Assembly (NCBI GenBank): GCA_963758635.1
Contig: CAVWWD010000008.1
Location: 352,001-416,000 of the forward strand
DNA from: an uncultured Candidatus Rokubacteria bacterium
Lineage (GTDB): Bacteria > Methylomirabilota > Methylomirabilia > Rokubacteriales > CSP1-6
Direction of reading: 5' to 3'
DNA length: 64,000 nt
In this document: one piece after another, positions 42,300-51,865 of the stretch
How positions within the stretch are numbered: position 1 is the stretch's first letter
Layout: the number at the start of each line of letters is the position of its first letter
Translations under genes and position numbers: made by a program
The notes under the pieces: generated by a model
Told to the model about the DNA's origin: nothing
Databases searched by the model: none
Seen by the model: the letters and a program-made list of their open reading frames with translations, nothing else

Positions 42300-42614
42300 A
42301 TGACTCCCGCCACCGCCACCGCCACGGTCGAGGTCGCCGCCTGGGTGACGCGCCTCGCCGGTGGCGACGGCACCGGCCAGCGGTTCCACGACGAGCCGCT
42401 GCAAGACGGTGACACCGTGGGCGACGTGCTCCGGCGCTTCAGCGCGCGCTTCCCCGAGCTGGACGCCGCGCTGTGGCTCCACGGCCGGAAGGATCTCGGC
42501 GAGCACATCGAGGTTCTGGTGGATGACGCCGCGCTGGGTGTCACCCATGACCTCACGTCTCTCCTGAAGGGCGGCGAGCGCATCACGCTCCTCGGCCAGT
42601 TCATGGGCGGGTGA
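42300..42614 (+). CDS. MoaD/ThiS-family sulfur carrier
   Basis: ~100 aa, TVGDVL, C-terminal GG. Confidence 0.85.
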   Translation: MTPATATATVEVAAWVTRLAGGDGTGQRFHDEPLQDGDTVGDVLRRFSARFPELDAALWLHGRKDLGEHIEVLVDDAALGVTHDLTSLLKGGERITLLGQFMGG

Positions 42615-42692
42615 TCCGGGAAATTGGCGGTCGTTGAGCTGCGGTCTTGAATGGAAAGTTGGTAGTCGGTTTCTCGCTGCCTGAGCTTCGAA

Positions 42693-42739
42693 CCCCCTCT
42701 CCCCCTGCGCCCGCGGAGAGGGGCAGGGGAGAGGGGGGG
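42693..42739. repeat. GC-rich palindrome (ccccctctccccctgc...gcaggggagaggggg)
   Basis: Long imperfect inverted repeat in the intergenic region; no U-tract. Confidence 0.6.
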
Positions 42740-42773
42740 CATGATCAAGCCGTGGAACCGACCGCAGACCGTC

Positions 42774-43589
42774 ATGAACCTGCGCGAGTATCGGGTCGTT
42801 GCGCGTAACACGTCGACGAACAGCGAGAACAAGATCCACGACGACACGGTGGCGCGGCAGTACGGGTTTCACGGCGGGCTCGTGCCCGGGGTCACCGTCT
42901 ACGCGTACCTGACCCACGCGCTCGTGGACACGTTCGGGCCGGCGTGGCTCGAGCGCGGCACGGCCAGCGTGAAGTTCGTCAAGCCGATCTTCGAGGGCGA
43001 GGAGGTGCTGGTGTCAGGGCAGGTGGACGAGTCGGACCCTGCCACGGTGACCGTGACGCTCACCGCGTCCACCGCGGCGCGGGGCGCCTGCGGCGTGGGC
43101 ACGGCGACCCTGCCGTCAGCGAAGCCCGACCCCGTCGACGACCGCGCGTACCAGGCGGCGTCGCTGCCCCTCGACCGCCCGGAGGCCACGCGCGAGGTCC
43201 TCGCCTCGCTCGGAGTCCTCGGGTCTCCGGAGGCTCACTACGACGAAGGCTGCGCCGCCGACTACGTGGCGAAGGTGTCGGAGGAGCTGCCCGTCTACCG
43301 GGGCGCCGGCGGGCTGGTGCAGCCCGGCTTCCTGCTCCACCTGGCCAACCAGGCGCTGTCGCAGAACGTGCGGCTCGGCCCCTGGATCCATACCGGAAGC
43401 GTCGTACGGAACCTCCGCGCCGGACAGATCGGCGAGGTCCTGTCCGCCCGGGGCCGGGTCCGCGCCCTGACCGAGAAGAAGGGCCGGGAGTCCGTCGAGC
43501 TCGACCTGCTGCTGCTGGGCGGCGATCGGCCGATCACGCACGTGTACCACTCCGCCATTTATCGCCTTCCCGCTCCCGCGTCCTCGTAA
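42774..43589 (+). CDS. double hot-dog (MaoC-like) protein
   Basis: ENKIHDD..A..YGF.GGLVPG, VKFVKP and GPWIH. Confidence 0.75.
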   Translation: MNLREYRVVARNTSTNSENKIHDDTVARQYGFHGGLVPGVTVYAYLTHALVDTFGPAWLERGTASVKFVKPIFEGEEVLVSGQVDESDPATVTVTLTASTAARGACGVGTATLPSAKPDPVDDRAYQAASLPLDRPEATREVLASLGVLGSPEAHYDEGCAADYVAKVSEELPVYRGAGGLVQPGFLLHLANQALSQNVRLGPWIHTGSVVRNLRAGQIGEVLSARGRVRALTEKKGRESVELDLLLLGGDRPITHVYHSAIYRLPAPASS

Positions 43590-43727
43590 GAAGGGCTCCG
43601 AGCCGGGGTTTTCCCGCTTCTTCGTGGTCCAACCGCGGTTTCTGCCTTGACTCACGCGGATGCCCTGTGCTAACTGAGCGTGCGGGTGCCGGGCGCTCCT
43701 CCCACTTTCAGTCCCCGAGAGGTAGTG

Positions 43728-44618
43728 ATGGCGCAAACCGTTGGATTCATTGGGCTTGGGATCATGGGCCGTCCCATGGCCAGGAACCTCATCAAGGCCG
43801 GCTACCCTCTCGTCGTACACAGCCGAAGCCGGGGTCCCGTGGACGAGCTCGTGGGCGCCGGCGCCAAGGCCGCCTCGAGCTCGCGCGAGGTCGCGTCGCA
43901 GGTCGACGTGCTGATCACGATGCTGCCGAACTCGCCCGACGTGGAGCTGGTGGCGCTCGGCAAGGACGGCATCATCGAGGGCGCCCGCCGTGGACTGCTC
44001 CTCCTGGACATGTCGACCATCTCGCCCCTGGTGTCGCAGAAGGTGGGGCGCGCGCTGGGCGACAAGGGCGTGCGAATGCTGGACGCCCCGGTGTCCGGGG
44101 GGAGAAGGGGGCGATCGACGGCGCGCTCTCGATCATGGTCGGCGGCGACAAGGCCGATTTCGACGCCGCGCTGCCGGTGTTCCAGGCCATGGGCAAGACG
44201 ATCACCCACCTGGGCCCGCTCGGCGCCGGCGGATTCACCAAGCTCGCGAACCAGGTCATCGTCGCGCTCAACCTGACCGCGCTCGGCGAGGCGCTCACGC
44301 TGGCGAGGAAGGCCGGCCTCGACCGGGAGCTCACGCTCAAGGCGCTGGGCGGCGGCCTCGCCGGCTCGCGGTGCCTGGACCAGAAGACACCGAACTACGT
44401 CTCCGGCACGTACAAGCCGGGCTTCAAGATCGACCTGCACTTCAAGGACCTCGGCCTGATCATGGAGTCTTCGCGAGCGCTCGGCGTGCCGCTCCCGTGC
44501 ACCGCGCTGGTGCAGGAGCTGTTCAACGCGCATGCGCGTCAAGGGCAGGGGCGAGCTGGACCATTCCGGCATCATCACGCTGCTCGAGGAGCTTGCGGGG
44601 CTTCCGGTAGGCTCATGA
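43728..44618 (+). CDS. garR: 2-hydroxy-3-oxopropionate (tartronate semialdehyde) reductase; indels
   Basis: GFIGLGIMG, DAPVSGG, KLANQ, GGLAGS, PGFKIDLHFKDL and LDHS. Confidence 0.8.
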
Positions 44619-45644
44619 GGGCGACGGTGGACAGGCCGGGGCTCGATTCCCAGGGCCGTTCCCCGCTCATCAAGATCCGCCGCGTCCGCAAGGGCGATCT
44701 CTCCAAGGTCCGCGACGTCATCGAGCAGGCGTTCTCCGACTTCTTCGAGCGCCAGCTCGGGACGCGCCCGCGGCAGGTGTTCGGGGGCGCGCAGTACGTG
44801 CACCACCGCTGGCTCATGGAGCCGTGGGGGTGCTTCGTGGCCGAGGAAGGCGACGGCAAGATCGTCGGCGCCGCGGTGGCCGTGATGTGGGGCGCCGTCG
44901 GCCTCGTCGGGCCGGTCGCCGTGCTGCCGAACTACCAGAACCAGGACATCGGGCAGCAGCTCCTCACCGCCTGCCAGGGCTTCTTCGACGAGAACAAGGC
45001 CGCCCTCCAAGGGCGTCGTCACCTATCCGGGCAGCCCGAAGCACCTGCTCTTCTACCAGAAGTTCGGCTACCACCCGCGGGGGCTGGTGGCCATCACGGC
45101 CAAGACGCTGGACCGGCACGATACCGGCGCGGGCGCGCGAGCGGCCAAGCCGGCGGTTTCCGTGCGGCGCTACTCCACGCTCGAGGAGGCGAAGAAGAAG
45201 GCGGCGATCCTCAAGCTGCGCCGGATCACCAACGGCGTCGTGCGCGGCATGGACCTCGGCAAGGAAGTGGAGATCGTCGACGGCCTCGCGCTCGGCGACA
45301 CGCTGCTCCTCGAGAAGGGCCGCGACATCGTCGGCATGGCCATCTTCCACACGCCCGGTGTGAGCGAGGCGCCGCTCGGCAGCCTCTACGTGAAGTTCCT
45401 CGCCATCGACGCGCGCCACCGGAAGGTCGAGAACCTGAACGCGCTGCTCGGCGCCGTGGAGGACATCGCCCGCGACCTGCAGCTCCCGCGCGTGATGGCG
45501 CCGGCCTACACCTACTACTGGACCGCCTACCAGACGCTGATCGACCGCGGGTATACCATCGACTTCACGATGGTGCGGATGAAGCGCGGCAAGGCGATCG
45601 ACGACGAGGATCCCACGGTCCTCGTGCTGGACGACTGGCGCTGA
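44615..45644 (+). CDS. tandem GNAT-family acetyltransferase; indel near 45012
   Basis: GPVAVLPNYQNQDIG and FYQKFG. Confidence 0.8.
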
Positions 45645-46051
45645 TCCGGCCCGGCTGCATCGAGGCGCTCCGGCGCGGGCGCCGCGCCGCCGTCCTCGCC
45701 GCCGCCCTTGCCGCGCTGCCGCTCCCGGGCGCCGCGCTCGGCCACGCCATCGTCGTCGAGTCCGTTCCCGCGCGCGACGCGAAGCTCCCCGAGGCCCCGC
45801 CCCGGGTGCTCCTGCGCTTCAACAGCAAGATCGAGGCGGGCCTGTCCCGCGCCACGATCGAGCCCGCGGGCGGCGCGCGCGCGCCACTCACGGTGAGCTC
45901 GGGGCCCGGTGGGGCGCCCTTCGCCGACCGGCTGGTCCTTCCCCTGAAACCGCTCGCCCCGGGCACCTACGTGATCCGCTATCGCGTGCTCGCCGCCGAC
46001 GGCCATCTCACGGAGGGCGCTCTCCGCTTCACCGTCGGCGCCGCCCCCTGA
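45641..46051 (+). CDS. copC: CopC copper-binding protein; start uncertain
   Basis: Signal peptide then His1 (HAIVVES.P), LRFN and YRVLAADGH. Confidence 0.85.
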   Translation: MIRPGCIEALRRGRRAAVLAAALAALPLPGAALGHAIVVESVPARDAKLPEAPPRVLLRFNSKIEAGLSRATIEPAGGARAPLTVSSGPGGAPFADRLVLPLKPLAPGTYVIRYRVLAADGHLTEGALRFTVGAAP

Positions 46052-46078
46052 GGGAGGCCGCCCCATCGTGGGCACGGC

Positions 46079-47698
46079 ATGATCGCGGGGTTCCTCGACG
46101 TCCTCTTGCGCGGGGTGGCCCTTGCGGCGCTGTGCGCGGCGGCGGGGGGCGTGGCGCACGTGTTGTGGACGCTTCGGCCCGTCGTCTCGCGCTCGCCCCT
46201 GGGCGGCGCCGCGCTCGGGCGGAGCCTCTCGCTGATCGCGATCGGCGCCGCCACCGTCGCCGTCTCTCGCGCGCTCCTGATCGCCGTCGTGCATCCGTGG
46301 GCCCTCGCCGAGGAGGCCGGCCGCTGGCCGGTCGTCGCGTTCCTCGCCACGGATTTCGGCCGGGCCGGCCTCGTCAGCATCGCGCTGGCCGCGGCCCTCG
46401 CCGTCTGGGCCGCGCGCCTGCGCGGGCGGCCGGACGCCGGGCCGGCGGCGTGGGCGCTGCTCGCGGCCCTCACGGTGGCCCTCTGCGGGAGCGGGGCGTG
46501 GCTCGCCCACGCGGCCAGCCGGCTCGAGGGGCGTGGCCCGCTCATGCTCGCCACCCTCCTGCACCAGGTGGGCGCCATCCTGTGGATCGGCGGCCTGATG
46601 CACCTCGTGGGCTTCCTCGGGCTTTACCGGCGCGCCAGCGGGGCCGACGCGCTGGGCGCCGCCGTGCTGGTGCGCTTCTCGGCCGTCGCGCTGCCCGCCC
46701 TCGCCCTCGTGCTGGCGCCCGGCCTGGCGCTCTGGTGGGGTTACGTCGGCGACGGCGCCGGCCTCGTCGGGACCGGCTACGGGGTCATGGTCCTCACCAA
46801 GGTGATCCTCCTCGCCGGCGCGCTCGTCCTCGGCGGGCTGAACTTCCTCCTCGCGAGGCGGTCCGGCCGCGCCGCCGTGATCCGTCCCCTGCTCGAGGCG
46901 GAGGTGGGCGTGGGCATCACGATCCTGCTCGCCGCGGCCTCGCTCACCTCGCTGCCGCCCGCCGTGGACGTGGTCGACGACCGGGCAGGGCCGGCCGAGG
47001 TGGCTGCGCGCTTCGTGCCCGCGATGCCGCGCCTGGCCTCGCCGCCGGTGGACCGGCTCCTCGCCGTGGCGGGCCCGATCGACGACACCCTGGCCACGCG
47101 CCAGCCCGAGGAGTTCGCGTGGTCCGAGTACAACCACCACATGGCGGGCTTCTTCGTCCTCGCCATGGGGATCATGAGCGTGCTCGAGCGCGCGGGGCTC
47201 CGGTGGGCGCGGCACTGGCCCCTGGGCTTCCTGGGGCTCGCCGCCTTCCTGTTCGTGCGGAACGATCCGCGCGCATGGCCGCTCGGGCCCGCGGGCTTCT
47301 GGGAGAGCATGCTGCTGCCCGACGTGCTCCAGCATCGGCTCGTCGTCCTGCTGGTCGTGGGGCTTGCGGTGTTCGAGTGGCTCGTGCGCGCGGGCCGGCT
47401 GCGCGCGCCGAGCTGGCCGCTCGTATTCCCGCTGCTGTGCGCGGCGGGGGGCGCGCTCCTCCTGACCCACTCCCACGCGATGTTCAACCTCAAGTCCGAG
47501 TTCCTCGCCGAGGTGTCCCACGCCCCGATGGGGATCCTGGCCGTGTTCATGGGCTGGGGTCGCTGGATCGAGCTCCGGCTGCCCGCCGCGCGGGACGCGG
47601 TGACCGCCGGCGGCGGGCTCGTGCGGCTTCCGGGATGGCTGTCGTCCGTCGCCTTCGTCATGATCGGAGGCATCCTGCTCGTCTACCGCGAGTCCTGA
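46079..47698 (+). CDS. copD: CopD-family membrane protein with His-rich C-terminal TM extension
   Basis: AHAASR, HQVGAILWIGGL, RFS, YG..V..K; extension WSEYNHH, QHR and THSH. Confidence 0.85.
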   Translation: MIAGFLDVLLRGVALAALCAAAGGVAHVLWTLRPVVSRSPLGGAALGRSLSLIAIGAATVAVSRALLIAVVHPWALAEEAGRWPVVAFLATDFGRAGLVSIALAAALAVWAARLRGRPDAGPAAWALLAALTVALCGSGAWLAHAASRLEGRGPLMLATLLHQVGAILWIGGLMHLVGFLGLYRRASGADALGAAVLVRFSAVALPALALVLAPGLALWWGYVGDGAGLVGTGYGVMVLTKVILLAGALVLGGLNFLLARRSGRAAVIRPLLEAEVGVGITILLAAASLTSLPPAVDVVDDRAGPAEVAARFVPAMPRLASPPVDRLLAVAGPIDDTLATRQPEEFAWSEYNHHMAGFFVLAMGIMSVLERAGLRWARHWPLGFLGLAAFLFVRNDPRAWPLGPAGFWESMLLPDVLQHRLVVLLVVGLAVFEWLVRAGRLRAPSWPLVFPLLCAAGGALLLTHSHAMFNLKSEFLAEVSHAPMGILAVFMGWGRWIELRLPAARDAVTAGGGLVRLPGWLSSVAFVMIGGILLVYRES

Positions 47699-47722
47699 CC
47701 GATGGCGGAGGGCGCGATTTCC

Positions 47723-47751
47723 TTGAATTCCCTCGGGGGGTCGGCTAGGGT
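47723..47751 (+). promoter_or_regulatory. sigma70-like promoter
   Basis: TTGAAT-17 nt-TAGGGT, 10 nt before ATG 47762. Confidence 0.55.
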
Positions 47752-47761
47752 GGGAAGCCGC

Positions 47762-48526
47762 ATGGTCGCCAAGATCCATCACGTCGGGATCGTCGTCGAG
47801 AGCCTCGGGCAGGCCTACCGCTTCTGGTGCCAGACCCTCGGGATGCCGCTCCTGCGCGAGGCCGAGCTGCCGGACCAGGGGGTGCGTGCCGCGCTGCTCG
47901 CCGCCGGCGACAGCGAGGTCGAGCTGCTCGAGCCGATCCGGCCGGACACCGGCGTGGCCCGCTTCCTCGCCCGCCGCGGCGAGGGCCTGCACCACCTCTG
48001 CTTCGAGACCTCGGACGTCGACGACGCGCTTGCCCGCCTCCGCACGGACGACGTGCCGCTCCTCGATCGCGAGCCGCGCCAGGGGCTGGCCGGCCGCGTC
48101 GCGTTCCTCCACCCGAAGGCCTGCGAGGGCGTGCTCGTGGAGCTGGCAACGCCTCCGCACGCGGGGCCGACGGAGGAATCGCCGGTCCGGCTCAAGCGCC
48201 TCGTGATCGGCTGCAGCGACCCGCAGCACACCGGCCGGATCTACCAGCGCCTCTTCGCGCTGCCGGAGGTGGCGGGGGGCAACGGGGGAGCTCGCGCCAT
48301 GCTCGGCTGGACGGGGGGTGGCACGATCCTCATGGTGCCCGCGGGCGAGGTGGGCGGCATGGAAGGCATGGTCGCCCTGTCCATGGTCGCCCCCGAGATC
48401 GGCGCCCTCATCCGCCGGCTCGAGAGCGCGGGGGCGATGATGCTGACCGGCGCCAACGAGGTGACGGTCGAGCCGCGCTCGTCCCACGGCGTCCACCTGC
48501 ACTTCAGCCGCTACCACTTCCCCTGA
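47762..48526 (+). CDS. VOC-family protein, methylmalonyl-CoA epimerase-like with a second VOC-like domain
   Basis: IHHVGIVV, VELLEP, GEGLHHLCF and AFLHPK...GVLVEL. Confidence 0.85.
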   Translation: MVAKIHHVGIVVESLGQAYRFWCQTLGMPLLREAELPDQGVRAALLAAGDSEVELLEPIRPDTGVARFLARRGEGLHHLCFETSDVDDALARLRTDDVPLLDREPRQGLAGRVAFLHPKACEGVLVELATPPHAGPTEESPVRLKRLVIGCSDPQHTGRIYQRLFALPEVAGGNGGARAMLGWTGGGTILMVPAGEVGGMEGMVALSMVAPEIGALIRRLESAGAMMLTGANEVTVEPRSSHGVHLHFSRYHFP

Positions 48527-48550
48527 TCGCCTATCCGAGTCGCGCAGAGG

Positions 48551-48646
48551 CCCTGCGGCTCACCTCGCAAGGCAGGTCGGCATGACGGTTGTTTCCACTG
48601 CATTTTCATATGCGCTCGGCTCGCCTCCGGCTCACCTCGCAAAGCC
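48551..48646 (-). repeat. repeat family 1 copy (head + core + second head)
   Basis: Reverse complement: ggctttgcgaggtgagccggaggcgagccgagcgcatatgaaaatgcagtggaaacaaccg...ccttgcgaggtgagccgcagg. Confidence 0.9.
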
Positions 48647-48655
48647 AGGGATCGG

Positions 48656-49063
48656 GTGAAACCGAAGCCACGGCGGGTGCGTGGCCTGGGAGCCGGGCGC
48701 CGGACGCGGCGCAGCCTGAGCCGGGGTGGCACGGGCCCGGGCGCCGACCTCAACCAGGTGCTCGGGCGCTGGCACGGCGTCAAGATCACGCCGATGTTCG
48801 GGCGCTGGGGCTACTTCGTGGGCGCCGAGCTCTTCGCGTGCTTTCCGCTCCGCGCCAAGGACCGCGATCTCTGGATCCGCCTGAGCCCGGGCGACCAGCG
48901 GCGCGCCCTCGCCATGGGCATGCGCCCGCACCGCCGGTTCGCGGCGCGCGGCTGGGTCGAGTGCGACCTGGACTCGCCCACGGAGGTCGGGCGGGCGATC
49001 CGCTGGCTCAGGCGGAGCTACGAGACGGTGACGCGCGTGGTGCGTGACGAGGACGCCCCGTGA
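48656..49063 (+). CDS. hypothetical protein (TfoX-N/luciferase-like small domain)
   Basis: PMFGRWGYFVG..LFA, GWV and W..RSY; GTGA overlap with the next gene. Confidence 0.6.
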   Translation: MKPKPRRVRGLGAGRRTRRSLSRGGTGPGADLNQVLGRWHGVKITPMFGRWGYFVGAELFACFPLRAKDRDLWIRLSPGDQRRALAMGMRPHRRFAARGWVECDLDSPTEVGRAIRWLRRSYETVTRVVRDEDAP

Positions 49064-49656
49064 TCCGCTGGGTGATCGTCCTCGTCCTCGCCGCCGCCGC
49101 CGTCTTCCAGGCGTGGCCCGCGGAGACCATCCGCCACGCCCCCGGCGTGCTCGCTCCCCGCGAGCCCGTGCAGGCCGCGGTCGCCGATGCGCGGCCGATC
49201 GCTCACAAGGGGTTCCGCATCCGTCCCCTCGCGGCCTTCGAGATCGAGGCGCGTGTGCTCTCCGTCGAGCGCTACTGGCTCTGGCGCGAGGCCACGCTGT
49301 CGCCGATCGACGTCGCGCTGGGCTGGGGGCCGATGTCGGACCAGCAGATCGTCGACCGGCTCGAGATCAGCCAGGGCAACCGCTACTACCACTTCCGCTG
49401 GCATGGGAGCCCGCCGCTGCCCGCCCAGGCCCTCGGCGCGCACAGCGCCAACATGCATCTCATCCCCGCCTCGTCCGCGGTGTGGCGCACGCTCAAGGCG
49501 GTGCGGCCCGGCCACGTCGTGAGGCTCGCCGGATCCCTGGTGTCGGCCACGACCAGCGACGGGTGGCGCTGGGACAGCTCGCTGACGCGCAAGGACTCGG
49601 GGCCGGGGGCGTGCGAGCTGGTCTGGGTGGAGACGGCGACGTTCACGCGGCGGTAG
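49060..49656 (+). CDS. conserved exported hypothetical protein
   Basis: N-terminal TM; SPIDVALGWG, HSANMHLIPA and W.SSLTR.D.G.GACE. Confidence 0.8.
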   Translation: MIRWVIVLVLAAAAVFQAWPAETIRHAPGVLAPREPVQAAVADARPIAHKGFRIRPLAAFEIEARVLSVERYWLWREATLSPIDVALGWGPMSDQQIVDRLEISQGNRYYHFRWHGSPPLPAQALGAHSANMHLIPASSAVWRTLKAVRPGHVVRLAGSLVSATTSDGWRWDSSLTRKDSGPGACELVWVETATFTRR

Positions 49657-50914
49657 GCGCCCGCGAGGAGGCTGCCGCGTTGGCGGCGCGCGCCCGCGCC
49701 TCGATGCCCTCGATGCCGACCAGCGGCACGAGGAGCCAGACGAGGGCGGTGGTCGCCGCGGAGATGATGATCAGCCGGTCGTAGCCGATCCAGTCGTAGA
49801 GATATCCGCCGACCACCTGCGAGCCCTGCGTGCCGCCGTTGTACACGGACATGAGCAGCGCGAAGAACGTGGCCTCCACCCGGCGGGGGCACGCCTTGGC
49901 GGCGAGGTCCAGGAACGCGAGCTGCGTGACCATGTAGACCACGCCGTACCCCGTGTCGATGATCGCGGCGGAGAGTGGGCCGCGGTAGCGCAGGTACGCC
50001 AGGGTGGCGAGCACCGTGGCCCCGATCGAGAGGTTGATGAGGGGCCGGAGGGCGACCCGGCGCGACAGCGGGGCGTAGAGCAGGGCCCCGGCCACCGCGC
50101 CCAGCGCGGCGAGGGCGAGCAGCCGGCCGATGAACTGCTGGCTGAACTTCAGGACGTCGGTCTGGTAGTAGAGGAGCGGCGGGCCGAACGACGGGCTGAA
50201 GGTGAAGAAGAGGATGAACCCGGCGACGAGCCAGACCGAGCGCTCGCCGAGGGCGGCGCGGATGGCGGTCCAGGTCTCGCGGAAGGCGGCGCGGTCGGCG
50301 GTCACGCGCGGCTCCCGCACGGAGATCGCCACCATCACGAGGGACACGAGCGGGAACGCCGCGGCCACGAGGAAGGCGGACCGGAGGTCGCGGCCCTCGG
50401 CGAACCCGCCGCCGATCTCGCCGACCAGCACGGAGGCGATGTAGATCGCCGCCCACTGCACGGCCTGGAACGCGCCGGTGAGCCCGAGCGGCTTGCCCGT
50501 CTCCACCATCAGCGCGTCGGTGAGCACGTCGGTGAAGGCCAGCCCGAAGCCCATCACGGTGACGAGCACGGCCATCGGCCAGTAGGGATGCTCCCGCAGG
50601 AGGCCGAGCGCGGCGCCGGAGAGCCCGGCCAGCGTGGACGTGACGAGGAAGTAGCTCTTCCGCCGGCGGCCGAAGAGGGGCACGAAGTCCGACACGAGGC
50701 CGTACACCGGCTTGATGAGCCACGGGATCGTGGTGATGGCGAAGAACGACGCCACGTCGCCCGCGGACAGGCCGCGCTCCTTCAGGACGATCGTGATCGT
50801 CTGGTTGGGCAGGTACCACATGCCCTGGGCGAGGTACACGACGGCGAAGAGGATCGCGAAGCGCCGCGCCTCGGGCGTCTGGAACGGATGCGCACGCCCG
50901 AGCCGCGCGAGCAT
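49643..50914 (-). CDS. MFS transporter, folate/biopterin (BT1)-like
   Basis: PWLIKPVYGLVSD..P.FG.RRKSY, DVLTDALMVE and EATFFALLMS. Confidence 0.88.
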   Translation of the reverse strand: MLARLGRAHPFQTPEARRFAILFAVVYLAQGMWYLPNQTITIVLKERGLSAGDVASFFAITTIPWLIKPVYGLVSDFVPLFGRRRKSYFLVTSTLAGLSGAALGLLREHPYWPMAVLVTVMGFGLAFTDVLTDALMVETGKPLGLTGAFQAVQWAAIYIASVLVGEIGGGFAEGRDLRSAFLVAAAFPLVSLVMVAISVREPRVTADRAAFRETWTAIRAALGERSVWLVAGFILFFTFSPSFGPPLLYYQTDVLKFSQQFIGRLLALAALGAVAGALLYAPLSRRVALRPLINLSIGATVLATLAYLRYRGPLSAAIIDTGYGVVYMVTQLAFLDLAAKACPRRVEATFFALLMSVYNGGTQGSQVVGGYLYDWIGYDRLIIISAATTALVWLLVPLVGIEGIEARARAANAAASSRAPTAA

Positions 50915-50921
50915 GTCCCGC

Positions 50922-50942
50922 ACTATACACGTGTGCTACGCT
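50922..50942. promoter_or_regulatory. back-to-back -10 elements for divergent, probably leaderless genes
   Basis: Minus strand TATAGT 7 nt before ATG 50914; plus strand TG-C-TACGCT 8 nt before ATG 50951. Confidence 0.6.
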
Positions 50943-50950
50943 GGCAACCC

Positions 50951-51865
50951 ATGTCCGAGCCGCGCTCGTTCGCCTCCCACGTCGTGAAGGAATGCCAATC
51001 TCGATTTCGCCGTGCCGGGCAACATCGCGATTCTGCGTCCACACGTGGAGCCGTCGCGCCGTTTCACGGACTCTCTGCCGACACCGTCGGCGCCCGCGAC
51101 GTCGAGGCCGAGGTCGAGCGGGCGGTGGGGGCCCTCGACCTCGCCCGTCTCCGCGACGACTACCGCGCGCGGGACGAGTTCCTGTTCCTCCCGCGCTTCC
51201 TCGACGCCGAGGCGGTGAGCGGCCTGCTGGAGGACGTGACACGCCTCGAGCCCGGCGTGCACCGGAGCTACATCCCGCGGCACAAGAAGGGCGGCAGCGT
51301 GAGCCACTTCCAGATCGCCGCCGGCGGCCCCGCGCTCCTCGCCCTCTACCGGTCGCCGGCCCTCCGGAGGTTCCTCGGCGGCCTCGTCGGCGCGGACCTC
51401 CAGCTGTGTCCCGACGACGATCCGCACGCCTGCGCGCTGTACTTCTACACCGAGGCGGGCGACCACATCGGGTATCACTACGACACGTCGTACTACCGGG
51501 GGGCCCGCTACACGGTGCTGCTCGGCCTCGTCCAGGACGCGTCGAGCCGTCTCCTGTGCCGGCTCCACACGCGCCGGCGCGATCGCGCGCCCGAGGACCT
51601 GGCGGTGGAGACCCTGCCGGGATCGCTCGTCGTCTTCAACGGCGACCGCGTGTACCATGCGGTGAGCCCCGCGCGCCCCGGCGACCGTCGCGTGATGCTC
51701 ACGCTCGAGTACGTGACGAGCCGCGAGATGGGACGGGCGCAGCGCCTCTTCTCGGACCTCAAGGACGCCTTCTCGTACTTCGGCGTGCGGTCGCTGTGGC
51801 AGGCGCGCCGCCGGGCCCCGGGCGCGCCCGGCCCCAATCCTGGAAAGGACGAATCGATCCCATGA
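50951..51865 (+). CDS. 2OG-Fe(II) oxygenase
   Basis: HYD...H facial triad (GYHYD, VYHAVSP) and R in RRVMLTL. Confidence 0.85.
   Translation: MSEPRSFASHVVKECQSRFRRAGQHRDSASTRGAVAPFHGLSADTVGARDVEAEVERAVGALDLARLRDDYRARDEFLFLPRFLDAEAVSGLLEDVTRLEPGVHRSYIPRHKKGGSVSHFQIAAGGPALLALYRSPALRRFLGGLVGADLQLCPDDDPHACALYFYTEAGDHIGYHYDTSYYRGARYTVLLGLVQDASSRLLCRLHTRRRDRAPEDLAVETLPGSLVVFNGDRVYHAVSPARPGDRRVMLTLEYVTSREMGRAQRLFSDLKDAFSYFGVRSLWQARRRAPGAPGPNPGKDESIP
50977..51087 (+). repeat. repeat family 3, read in frame in the oxygenase N-terminus
   Basis: gaaggaatgc...gggcaacatcgcgattctgcgtccacacg...cgccgtttcacg aligns with the minus-strand copy at 59892-59999. Confidence 0.8.

Noticed and set aside
42944..46051. 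1035-aa multidomain ORF
   Set aside because: Chance read-through joining out-of-frame parts of garR, the GNAT gene and copC.
50951..51865. BesD-type radical halogenase
   Set aside because: It retains HxD; such halogenases replace the carboxylate with Gly or Ala.
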